64,000 bases of DNA from Camelus ferus. Taxonomy: Eukaryota. The stretch's first letter is position 1. Every line of letters starts with the position of its first letter. A program made the translations under genes and the position numbers. The notes under the pieces were generated by a model. It had not been told where the DNA came from, ran no database searches, and worked only from the letters and a program-made list of their open reading frames with translations. Of this stretch, positions 41,323-52,895 are shown piece after piece. Location of the stretch: assembly GCF_009834535.1 (NCBI RefSeq), contig NC_045696.1:25546001-25610000 (forward strand), in the 5' to 3' direction.

Positions 41323-42069
41323 ATCTATCACGTGGGGATTTCAGAATAGGCTTCATAGGAGAAGCAGCCCTAGAGAATTACAGACAGATGCTAAAGAATG
41401 AGACCAGTTAAAGGCATTCAATAAATTTGCAGATTAAATGAACGTGCAGAGGAATGGGAAATTTATAGGTAAGGAGAGAGAGCAATTCAGGAGAGAGAAG
41501 GACTTAAAGAAGTTCATGAAAATAGAAGAAGGTTTAGAATTTCATTTAGTAAGGACTAAAGTATGTGTTTTTATTCATTCCTGCATTTAGTCACAAATCA
41601 TGTATTTTGTGCTTGGAACTGTACACGGTATGAGGAGGAAAAGAACAGGAAAAAAATACTATGCCCTGGCTGTGTTTACAGTAGTTTGATGTGAAGAGTA
41701 CTCAATGCCCAGGAGTGGAAAAAGTAAGTTGGACCTGGGTCACAGAGGGTCTAAAATGCTGGCTTTGGACTTCATTCCTATGGTAACTGGGATCCTTTTA
41801 ATACTTTAATGAGAAGTGTGGTATGATCAATTTAGAGTCAATTTGTGTAGATTTGTATATGAGGTTAAGGAGGAGCTATAAAACAGCAAGTTTTCAGGAT
41901 ATAGAGGTGCCCTTATCCTAGGGAAGTTTGCATTGCTGAGCCAGAAAGGAAAAGACGAAGGATTTCTGTCTGTGAAATCACTAGAAATGAGGCCAATAGT
42001 GATGGGGAGAGAAGATGCTGAAAATAAGGTTACTGAGGGTTTGCTTGTAGAAATTTCAGATTTTCTGAG

Positions 42070-42320
42070 GTTATGGTGTAGCTAGTCCACTGGATGGTAT
42101 AGCTTGTGCTTAAAGCACAAACTAGAATCTTAGCAACTCCATTTACCAGCTTGGGGACTGCAGACTAATAAGCTACTTAATTTCTGTAAGCCTCTGTTCT
42201 CTCACTTATAAAATGTAAATAATCAGTACCATCTACCTCTTGGTAATAGTGCAAGGATTAAACATGATTATGCAATTAAAGTGTTTATCACCATTCTTGG
42301 CATATAGTAAATGCTGAATT
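42070..42320 (+). mobile_element. MIR SINE
   Basis: ACTTAATTTCTGTAAGCCTCTGTTCTCTCACTTATAAAATG...TTGGCATATAGTAAATGCT. Confidence 0.75.
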
Positions 42321-42464
42321 CAAAGTGTTCCATGATACACATGTAGACGCATCAACACAGCTCAGTAGTTTCGTTGACATTTTTGTTGTTGTTATTGTTG
42401 TTGTTGACTTTATTACTGCCCAAGGGCCACTCTGAAAGTTATGGATTGACTACAGACATGGTTC

Positions 42465-43498
42465 AGTAAGTCAGGGTCCAATGAAGGTATAATATTCACA
42501 GCAATTATCTGAGAGAGACTTTGATATAAATAATTGTTTAATAGGTATAAAGTTGACTTGGTAACTGAAAAGAATTCTTTTTTTTTTTGAAATTGTGAAA
42601 ACTTATTTTCATAGAAAGAATTACTCTTTACAGAAAGAATATTATACACAAATATCCCACATGGATGCAAACACAGAAGTCTGTTTAAAACATTAGCAAA
42701 TAAAATCCAGCAATATGTAGAAAGTATAATATACCCCAAGAATGCAAATTTGTTTTCATTTTTGAAAACTAATCAATATATTTGCACATTGACAAAACAA
42801 AAGCAAAGCATTGTATGATCACCTCAGTAGATTCAGAAAAAGCATTTGACACAACTCAACACCCATTCATAATAAATTTTTTAAAAGACTGCCCCCAAAT
42901 GATTAATAGAGGAAATTTTTTCAATCTGAAAAATGACATATACAAAAAGCTATAGCTAATATCATACTTAATGGTGAAAGACTGACCCCTCAGTGACTAC
43001 TGAGTTAGCAATTCAGCAAGTTATTACCATCCCCGTGGCTGAGGGAACAAAGAAAAGAGGCTGGAGTTTATTACAACGTTAGAAGACTGGAACAGCTGGA
43101 ACTCAGGCCTCCCAGAAAAGGGTGCTGCTTGCCTTTTTCTGGTGTTTGCAGAGTTAGAGTATCATTCCCCTGGGGCTGGGACCCAGACCTCTGAGGAGGG
43201 TGAACTACAAGGCTGGTGGCTGTCTCTGAGGGGGGCCATGATGTAAGCCAGCTCTGCAAGTGTAGCAAAAAAATGCAAGCTGGACTCAGCTGCTGCTAAG
43301 GTGAAGGTGCTCCCCAAAACTGTAAGGAACAAGGCCCTGCGTCCTCCAGCTTTCCTGCTAGTGCCCCTCACTGGCAGAACTTAACAGAGAGCTGTGAGCA
43401 AAGCAGAAATGTAGCTGGCAGAACTGCATTTCCAGCATCTCCAAATGGAGTATAGAAAGGTGTGTCTGGAGCTGAGAGACAATAACTTACACACTGGA
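42465..43498 (-). mobile_element. ERVL-class LTR (LTR41/LTR33-like) interrupted by an L1 fragment
   Basis: AGTCAGGGTCCAAT start, GGGCTGGGACCCAGACCTCTGAGGAGGG, CCCCTCACTGGCAGAACTTAACAG, and GGAGCTGAGAGACAATAA end. Confidence 0.65.
42600..42984 (+). mobile_element. LINE-1 ORF2 reverse-transcriptase-region fragment
   Basis: Encodes degenerate LANKIQQY, MITSVDSEKAFDTTQHPF and ANIILNGERL motifs of L1 ORF2p. Confidence 0.85.
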
Positions 43499-45090
43499 AT
43501 AAAATAAATGATTTCGAAATGGACACAATTTAAAAATACACCAAAAATCACCTCAACTAAGTACATGATTCGGGACATTTAGGACGACTAAAGCTGTAGT
43601 AGGGGAGCTACATCTGATGGTGGACTTGGTTGTGTTTTGTCTGATAGGTGGGATGTGCCAGTGGACAGGTTTCGGGGAATCGTGTGGAGGAGAGGAGAGT
43701 GGTCTTGGCTGGGGAGGGGGTGAGGCAGATAATGCAGGAAGACCTACGGCAATCGTCAGGGTGAAGAGCAGGGGAGAGAAGATTCAGGCAAAGGTTATAT
43801 TTAGGGATTTAACCTAAATCCTGTAGGCGATGAAATAAGTGTAGAGTTAAAAAATTTTTTTTTTCAGAAAGATTTTCAGAATTAGCCTTCTGAATGTGTA
43901 TTTATTTATTTACTTACTTACGACACTAGCACCGAGGGGGACTCTCCGTTCTAGCAAAGCCAGCTATAGAAGGTACAGTTATATTAGGTTAAATACACTT
44001 ATATTAAAAGCATATCTGAGTTAATGGAGTTTCGTTTCAAAACATTACTGTGATAGTATAACTTTGGGATATTGATGTCACTTATTGCTTATGTCCATAA
44101 GCCATTGTTATCTCTTAAATTACCATTTTTACTCAAAACATAAAAACCAAAATAAACTTACACAATTCAAATTAGATGAAAATTTTGAACCATTTTAAAT
44201 ATTGAAAACAATAAAATTTTAGAAGTCTTGAAAAGTAGATATTTTCCTGAATTTAGGGAAGCTTGAATGTGGCTTATACATTAAATAATAGTATAATACC
44301 GCTATTAAATATTTTCAATGTGAAATTGTATATGGTTATACAGGAAAATGCTGCCAAGTTTAGAGTAACAAAGAACAAATATTAAATGAGTAACAAATGT
44401 TAACAATTGATGAAGTGTATATGGATAGTCAATGTATACGGGTATTCACTGCAATTTTACTATTAATTTGAAATTTTTCAAAATAAAAAGTTAAGGAATA
44501 AATAAGATTAAAGTCTTATTTAAAAGAGTAGTTAACGGCACTAAAGAAAACCCAAATCAAACAATTCTCATTATTTAGTTTTGCTTTTTATAAATTTCAA
44601 ATGTTAAAATATTAAAAAAATTTATTTGTAAAATTAAAGTTTACATTCTTACTAATCCCATCTTACCTGTAAAGTAAGAATGTTGGCATAAAAAATATTT
44701 TATGCTGCTCCCAATTCTGTTTTTTTGTAATCTTCTGTGAACGTAATAATGCAATACCTCAGGAAATGGAATCTCTTGCAAAGCTTGACTTGATTTTCAG
44801 TCTAACCTAGCAATAAGTTGATGTGAATTATTAGTATTCTCAGTATTTTACCAGAAAATAATTTTGAAATCAGAATAATGTGGCTGCATTTGAGAGCATA
44901 TATTTTAGGGAGTGTATTTCGTTGGTTGGTTTTGTGGCAATTCAAACAATTCTAGTTTTTATTCTACTGTAAATTAGTCATACTTAGAAAATGCATTTCC
45001 TTTGGGCGACTGGAATGCCATGTTGCCCAGTAGTTTAGTGCTTCACAGATCTCTAGTGGTTTAAGAATAAACATGATTTATTCAATCACC

Positions 45091-45118
45091 AACTACACTA
45101 TGGAAACTACACTATGGA
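45091..45118. repeat. Perfect 14-bp tandem duplication
   Basis: AACTACACTATGGA occurs twice back-to-back. Confidence 0.9.
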
Positions 45119-46799
45119 AAAATACAGCTCTAGACATAACACAAAAGAAGGTGCTATACTTGTTTTAAGAATCTTTCACAATTTCACATTCCTAAACAGT
45201 TATCTGGTTTATAATTTAACTTAATTGTCACTCAGTCTTTTCTAAAAAATACAGCAAAGGCAGAAAGTTGAATTTTTTTCTTTGTGCAAAAAAACTAATT
45301 TGGTTGTAAAAAATAGTGAGAATTTTGTCTAGTGATATTCACTGATTGTTGAAATATTTATATAAAGATATGTTTAAAATATAAATTACTTGAAAAGTAC
45401 TATTATACTGTCTAATTAAATTGATGTCTTACGTTTTGAAAATTATTTTTGAAACATTTATATGGAAAAAAAATCACTTCCTAGTAAGAAGGTCTCAGAG
45501 TCAGGAGTCTCATTTTTAGTAGGAAAAAAAGAGGACAAATAAAATTAAAAACAGAGAAGTTATTGCTCAGACAATACCACATTAACAAACTCTTTAAAAT
45601 CCATTCATAGTAATAACATCAAGAATAAAAACAGATTGAGGGTTTTCTCCTTGTCAGATAAGATGTATTATGTCCTTTACTTCCTTTTGAGAATTTATAA
45701 TTTAAAACATTAATATTTCTTTGAGGGAATAAAAATCTTCTAGGTGGTCTTGTTATATTTAATTTAACATACACACAAACCTACATTATATTTTGAATAT
45801 ATCCACTATATTTCAGTTCCTTGCTCATCCATTCCTGTCCACACAGCCTCATCCCCAGAGAAAAGTAAACATACTTAACAGGAAAATGAATTAAAAAAAA
45901 AAAAAAGCACGTTAGGAAAATGATTTGAAAAAGAAAAAAAAAAAAAAAACAAAAAACAAAAACAAAAGACAATGCAAAACTGAAGCCAAAAAAATCATAC
46001 TAAAATACACATTAGACATAAAGTTTGCTAACATGATGACCACCTGTCTGGGACTCACCCAGCTTAAAGGTAGAACATTGCATCCCTTTTGAATGACCAG
46101 GGTAGCTCTCCTTGTCCCTTTCCCTTACTTCTCACAGCTCACTACTGAACTGTTATCTGTTCATGACTCTCTCTCTGCTTTATAATTTTACAATATGTGT
46201 TTGTACTCCTACAAACCGAGTACTTAGCAGGGACTACATTTTCGTTTTTTTCTTTTCTTTTTCTTGTTTTTTCAAGGGAAGATGTTTCTGTTCCTGTTAA
46301 AGCGATTCCAAGCTCTGTTGGCTGATAATTAGCAGGTTGAAGTACTTGACAGTTTTGCAACTTGAAGGTACAAGCAGGTAGCAATTATTTCCAAGCCATC
46401 ATATTTTGCTCACAAAAAAAATCTATTTTTACCACAAACATACAGGCGTGGGGCTTAGAGTGGTGGCTTCAAACTGTGTCTAAGCAGAATTCTGGAGTAG
46501 AAATAACCGCCAAAATTGCAAGCATTTTTCAAGCTCTAGAGATGTTCAGATATAATCTAAGAAATAGCATAGTATGATCAATTGAAGTAATATTGTTTTT
46601 GGAGCATTAGGTTATTCTAAATTTCAAGAAAACACAGGAAAGGATTAAGCCTTAAGATTTTAATAGTGCCTAAAGTGTAGTAAAAATGTATGCATTAACT
46701 TGATCATAAATTTAGCTGTTAAAAGGCTTTTGTTAAACAAAATTAATTTGTGGTTTTCTGTATATTTCTACCCTTACAAATTCTAAATCAATTTTATTA

Positions 46800-47150
46800 G
46801 TTAGTATCCTTACTTTACTTGCAAAAGTCAGAAACCCATCTTACATGGTTTAAGTGTTTAAGGAAGAGGAGGGGTTGAACGTTCACATAACTAATAGTCT
46901 AAAAGTATTATAATTTCAGCCATAGATGCATATTCAGGCACTGAAATCATTGGGAATCCCTACCTTTCCTTTCTCAGCTGAACTTCTCTGTCAAGTCATC
47001 TTTAGGAAGAATCTTTTTCCACGGGGTGGCGACAATGGCCCCCAGAAACTCCAAGGTTCCAGTTCTAAGCTCCTGAAGGAAAGGGCTCTTACTTTCCCAA
47101 TAATTGTGGGGGAAAAAAAAAATCAAGAGAAAGATCTCTTTGGGTGGAAT
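46800..47150 (-). mobile_element. Ancient MaLR LTR fragment, MLT1J/K-like
   Basis: TTGCAAAAGTCAGAAACCCA...TTCACATAACT...ATGGCCCCCAGAAACTCCAAG resembles old MLT1 subfamilies. Confidence 0.5.
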
Positions 47151-50100
47151 GCCCATCCTGGAAACACTGTTGTTCCAATGAGGTGCTCAGTTTGGCCCAG
47201 CCAGGCTCATGGACTCATTTCCTAGGAGAATGTAAGTCTCAGGAGAGTAAGGACTTGCTCTTATATAATGTTGTATGCTCACAGGTTACCATAAATAAAA
47301 GTTACTTAATTTATATTTGGTAAGTGGATTGCCTTAATTATTTAGGTCTTAGTTTCCACCACATTATATAAGAGCTGTGACTAGCAACTCAATGTGTATT
47401 TAAAGAGTGGTCTTCAGGCCATCATGATATACTTGCATTGTTTAAATTCAAAAAAAAAAATTTTTTTAAGCATTGAAAAATTACAAGGAGAAAGTGGAAA
47501 TGGTTTGCATGATTAAAGGTAAATCTAGTTACAGCTGAAAAAATTTGCATGGAAATATTTTTCTTTAGAACTCTTTATTAATTTAATTTCCTATGCCTCC
47601 CCATTTTTATATTGATTTCCAATCAAGAAGGATGCCTTCCTTTTTATGTGGCCTCTAGCTACCCTGGGACAACCTAGAAATGTTCTGGTCCTCTTTTATC
47701 AATTTTCAGCTTTTCTCCTCCCTCAATTTCTTACTTCTTTCTCACAAAGTATCGTTTGACCTCCACCAGGCACCTCCCCTTCTCTGTTAGGTACAGTTAC
47801 TCACAGCCTTTTCTGGAGAAAATGTTTCTACTTCCTTTGTCTTACCAAGGAGAGGCTGATACTCCCTGCAGGGTTTCTCCTAACCCAGCAGTCTGGAAAT
47901 TTAGTGCAGCAGTGAAAAATTATGGGCCTAGATGGAACTTCAAAGCAGTTTCATTTCCAACAAATTAGCTATTAGTAAGACATGCTCTCATTAGCTATAG
48001 GCTAACTCAGATTTACCAGTCAGCCATGATTTTATCTTTCTCGGACCTATTTTAACCACTTCTATCAGAAGTAGTAGCTTTACCCACAAATGAGGTGGAT
48101 AATTAAAATTATATTATGTATTAATATATGAAAATTATTTTATACTACTCATCTTGCAAAGGGCCTTATCTGCATCATTAAGTGTCCATGCTGAAATGGT
48201 TAGTAGGCATTATCAATTGCACCTTAGAGATGCAGAAGCTGTGTTAGGATGTTACACAATTTACCTGAGTTCCCTTGGCCATAAGGGGAGAGCTGACATT
48301 TGAATCCGGTCTCTGTACGTGAGCTCCCATACTCATTGTCTTTATCCTATACTATGTACCTTAAAATCAGATAAGATTTTCTTTTTGATTATTTTTTGAA
48401 TATAATATTTGTTACATACAAAAGAACATGTTAAATTCAATTTAGCAGTATAAGATACATATGCCTATATTTATATTTTTACTTTTAAACCTTTATATTT
48501 TTTAGTGCTTTTTTGTGATTTTTAATAAGCCAACTTTTCTGCAAACATTGAAATTTAGAGGTACAAAATTCAGATAATTAGCTGTGTCAGCATCCTGGAA
48601 AATACAGTTCAAAGTCATGGTTTCAGTAGAAAAAGATGCCCCAGGCATAAAATTCTACTAGAAAGCCCAATGATGCTTATAGTGCCATTAGAAAAATAGT
48701 GAAGGGTACTGGACTTCTGTTTCTTTTTAAAATCTAGCACTGTTCCTCCTGGTTTTCAGTATTTTTCTGCATATTAGACCTATAAAGTAGTTCCAGTTTT
48801 GTAACTATCACATCAGTTGAAAAGGTTTTTTGGATATTTATACTGGTATTACAAATTTTGTGGGATGTCTTGAAAGACTTCATTTCAAAATCCTACAGTC
48901 AGAATAAACAATGATTCTAATGACACAGCTTTTTTGTTTGTTTGTTTTGTTTTACATAAACCACCAGTAACACCAGACTTACAAACCCATGTATCCCACT
49001 CTCATCTCTTTGGATAGTTTTGTTATAGAAATATTACTTATTTGTATTGTGTCTGAATCAGTTAATTCATAAAACATACATATAATCTATTCTTTTCTCT
49101 TAGGGTATTACTACTATAGGAATTCTCATATGCCTATAAGTAAATAGTAATATTATTACATGCTTGGTACAAGGGTGAAGTACTAACATTATTTTCCTGT
49201 TGATATGTTTCTTTTTGCTGAACTTTCTAAAGCATAGTCTGGACACATTTAAAAATTTTTGTTTTAATACATAGAGTCACGAGAATGATGCAGATTTTTA
49301 AACAGTTAGCAAAGTCTTCTATTAACCAATTTTTTAATCACTTAACAATAAACTGAAAGTAAAGATTGGCCATATGAAAAATTGTAGTTCCTAAAATGAA
49401 ATAGTGGAAACTTACTTGCTGATTCTTAGATTCTTATATTTTTCCATGCTGCGTTTCTCTATTGTGAGTTCATTGGTGAAACTGCAGGTTTCATAATTAA
49501 ATATAAAAATTGAGGCATTCACACAGATATGCTAATAACTCCATTAAACTTCTCCCTTTCTATGTAAATTCGAGCCCAGATGTTGCATCATTTGCAAATC
49601 TTGCAATTAAAGCATTTTATAACTTCAGTTATGCAGAGGGGCAGCAGACTGGAAAATGGGTAAAATTGCTTGGCTAGGACATTACCATGGCAACATACTG
49701 ACCTCCATTCAATTAGTTACCATTGAAGATTTAGCTATTAATTATAGTGGTCAAAAGTGGATATCATCTGAATCTCCTCTTACCTTTTTAATATGGACAT
49801 TTTTCACTCACCATAAATCCTTGACTTTTAGAGGCAAGGCTCCCAAACTGAAGCATTAAAACTGATACAGCTTAAGTACTGATGGAAGTGAGGGTCAGGA
49901 AAGGAATCTCATTTATCAGCCATATTCAGCATAGTTCTCCAACTTTCTGTAATCTAAGCACTCAGTCAGGCAAGCTTCAAAGTGAATATTCATTACTGCT
50001 CATTTTTCTCATTGAACTCTGCATTCTGTGCGTCAGCAATTACCTCTTACTTTAGAAAGCCATCCTTAATTAGGGCCACAACCATCACTAAGGAGCCTCT

Positions 50101-51467
50101 GAAATAGATAGATGTCCCATATTCGGTTGACTTTTACATTTTCCAGCAAAAAAGTTATTGTTTTCTTGGCAAAATAGAAAAGAAGTGTTGTGAGTTAATT
50201 ACAGAGGTACTTAATAAATGATGAAAAAAAATTCTGTTTGCATTTTAACAGACTTAAACATAAGAATCTTGTATTTAATGAAGTTAATATGATACTGTTA
50301 ATATGATGAATACTGATCTTATAGAACATGTTTAAATCACTATATTCACGGTCCTAAAATAATAAACACTCTTTAGACATACGGAAATGTAATCAGCTGC
50401 TGTCTTCCATCCACAGTGCAATCGTCACAACTTCCTCACTCAACAGGTATTTACTAATCATTGCTACTGTACACAAGGCAGTGTTCAGTGTGTTGGGGAT
50501 ACGGTGATGTCCAAGGGTGGCAAGATCCCTGCTCAACTTGAGGGAGATAGAAAATAATTGAATGAAAAAGCAAGTATCAGTTAATAAGAGGTTTTATGCC
50601 AAGGATTAAAACAAAGCAAAAGAATTGCCAGGTATCCATTTGGACAGTGGTAAGTAGTGTTAGCAGTATAAATAGAGATAAGTGTACACACTCAGAAAAG
50701 TTTTTACTTGAAAATAGGTTTTTTTAAAATAAAAATAAATTTAAAGTTCAAATAAAAATAAAGATACCTTAATACTGACTTGACTTCACAAGGGACACAT
50801 GCAAAAGAATGTTGGACAGTTCTGATAAATAAATTCCTTTGGCTAAAGTTCAGAACAAGATTTCTCACTTGTTTATTTATATTTTTTTGCTATTATAAAT
50901 TATGGCTAATATGGTTGTGAACGTTTCTGATACACATATGCAAAAATTACTTCTGTTAATATTTCCAGGGGTGGAATTGCTGGGTTTTACTTTAGAGAAT
51001 AGTCAAAAGTCCATCAACAGGAGAGTGAGAGGATCAATCATAGTCTAGTCAACCATTAAATATTATACAGCTATGAATGTGCATCTATTATAGCTAGTTA
51101 TAAGTAATCAATGAGTTCATATTAATGCAATATTGAATGAAAAAAATCAAGATCTATAAAACTACAAGCTAGTTTTTATAAAATATGTATTTATTTAGAA
51201 ACAACAGATTGTTTTGGAATACCTATATATGTAATAAATATGGATTTTTTTTTTCCTTCAAGGAAAAAAAAGGATTATTATAAAATTCAGAAAAATAGTT
51301 ACCTCAGTGGGAGGAAAAAATCAAGGGTTGGGGAGAGCACATAGATCCATGTAAGCTTTTGGTGATCTAGTTTTTGACTTAGGGTGTGGGTTTAATTGCT
51401 ATTCATTAAATTTTTAAAAATTGGTGAAGGAAAAAGAGAGAAAAAGAAGAGAGGAAGTAAGAGGGAC

Positions 51468-52027
51468 TGAAGGAAGGGTCGCTGATCCTCCTGACTTGGT
51501 CCCCAATAAGGGTCCTCCTGCCCAGGGTTGCTGGAGCCAGCAGAACAAGACAGAGTTCAGTTCAGAAGCAAAGGAAAGCTTTGTTTTTTGGTCAAAGAAT
51601 GGAGGGGTGGGAGCTCCTGCTCTAGGGCCCGAGATTTACCCGCCAGGCTGTGGGCGGGGCTGCTTCACAGGAATCCCGTCAGTGGGGAGGGGCAGAGCTC
51701 TCGCGGGACGGGCGCAGCTGCTGCTCAGGCTCCAGACCACGGCGCATGCGCGCACGGCGTCTCTGCACACAGCCCGCCGCCGTGGCCGCCGCCATCTTGA
51801 GTGGCGGTGTTCTCTGCGGCTTCCGCACGCCGTCCTGAAGAGCAACTGTTTCACGCTAGCAGCTCCGGTTTGAGCGGCCTGGGGCGAGGCCTCTCGGTTG
51901 TGGCACCCTGTGAGCAAGTGAAACTAGACGGAGCACAGAGGAAAAGACAAAGGTTAGACTTTGTTTTATCATCCAGATTCTATTTTTATTTCCTAAGAAT
52001 TGTTACTGGGCTTTGCTAGTGACAAAA
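51468..52027 (-). mobile_element. CpG-rich solo LTR (probably ERV1 class)
   Basis: A 560-bp GC-rich block starts with TG and interrupts a purine-rich L1 tail. GGAC flanks both sides (51464-51467, 52028-52031). The right end reads AA rather than CA, so that boundary is less certain. Confidence 0.65.
51625..51900. promoter_or_regulatory. Small CpG island with GC-box, NRF1 and YY1 motifs
   Basis: About 29 CpGs by hand count in about 275 bp. GGGCGGGGC at 51652-51660, GCGCATGCGC at 51742-51751 and GCCGCCATCTTG (CAAGATGGCGGC on minus) at 51788-51799. Activity is not shown. Confidence 0.55.
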
Positions 52028-52487
52028 GGACAGGAGGAAAGAAAGGAGGGAGGTATGGATAAAATAGGGTCACGGACCAATGATGATAATGTGTTAGGAG
52101 CCAAAGATTATGATTAAACAATTATTTGAACAAAAATTTCTTTAAAAATAAGAATGTTTTATTGTATGGCACCGTTACATTTTTACACAAAAGCTTTTAA
52201 GAATAAACAAAATAATTTCTTAGATATTTTCCGTTTAAGATGGGCATACGATTCTTCCTTTGGATATAAGAATTTTTGTTATATCTGCTTTAAACCGTGT
52301 TGATTTGATTACTAAACCACTCTTCATGTGCTCAGCTCAATTTTAAGTGTTTTAAGCAAAAGCAGCTAACAGCAAGTAATAAAAGCTAGTGAAGCGGGTG
52401 TAATAAGCTGATTGTGGCAGTTTTATCAAGACATTATTGTAAATACGGGTCTTGTTGCTTTGTGTCCTGGGATCACATCACTGGTAG

Positions 52488-52895
52488 TGTTGCCAGAAAA
52501 AGGAAATAAGAATTGCCTCGGTTCTTAATAACCCCCCCCCCCAAAAAAAAGAATTTTTGACGAGAGAAAAAAAATGTGACATAAGCAAGATTTTTATTAG
52601 AGAAGTAAAAAAAAAAAATAGTGTAAGATAGTACACTCCCGAGAATTGGGAGCGGGCCAATCCAAGAGAGGCAAAATGGCGCGGGTCCTTTGTTCTTCCT
52701 GTATTTATATCCTGGTTTTGTGATTGATTGATTGATTGATTGATTGACTGACTGACAACTCAGGTTCCCCGTGCTCTGGTTGATTGACAGCTCAGCTTCC
52801 TTGTGCTCTGGTTAATTGACATCTCAGGCTCCTTGTGTTCTGGGTTGTTCCTTTCCCTTCCTCTCCCCCTGCCCAGTGCTCACTTCTATCTAACA
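52488..52895 (-). mobile_element. Solo LTR, 408 bp, with U3 tandem repeats
   Basis: TGTT...AACA termini and a near-TSD GTAG/ATAG. Minus-strand TATAAATA (near 52705) is followed by AATAAA (near 52595). Three ~32-bp repeats lie at 52753-52846. Confidence 0.85.

Larger units (their letters stand above)
50880..52130 (+). mobile_element. Ancient L1ME3-like 3' end with inverted 5' segment, interrupted by an LTR
   Basis: An antisense ORF2-end segment (GGGGTGGAATTGCTGGGT, about 50880-50986) is followed by sense GTCCATCAACAGGAG...ATAGTTACCTC. After the LTR come GGACCAATGATGATAATGTGT and GATTATGATTAA. Confidence 0.65.

Noticed and set aside
44643..44683. 11-bp inverted repeat with a 19-nt loop
   Set aside because: Plausible by chance in AT-rich DNA, too short for a pre-miRNA, and without RNA-gene motifs.
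47019..47033. CTCF-like CCACGGGGTGGCGAC
   Set aside because: It has mismatches at core positions and lies in an old LTR fragment, so it cannot be supported without ChIP data.
51421..51917. Overlapping 60-150 aa ORFs on both strands
   Set aside because: These are expected from high GC in the LTR. Most use non-ATG starts and none resembles a known protein.
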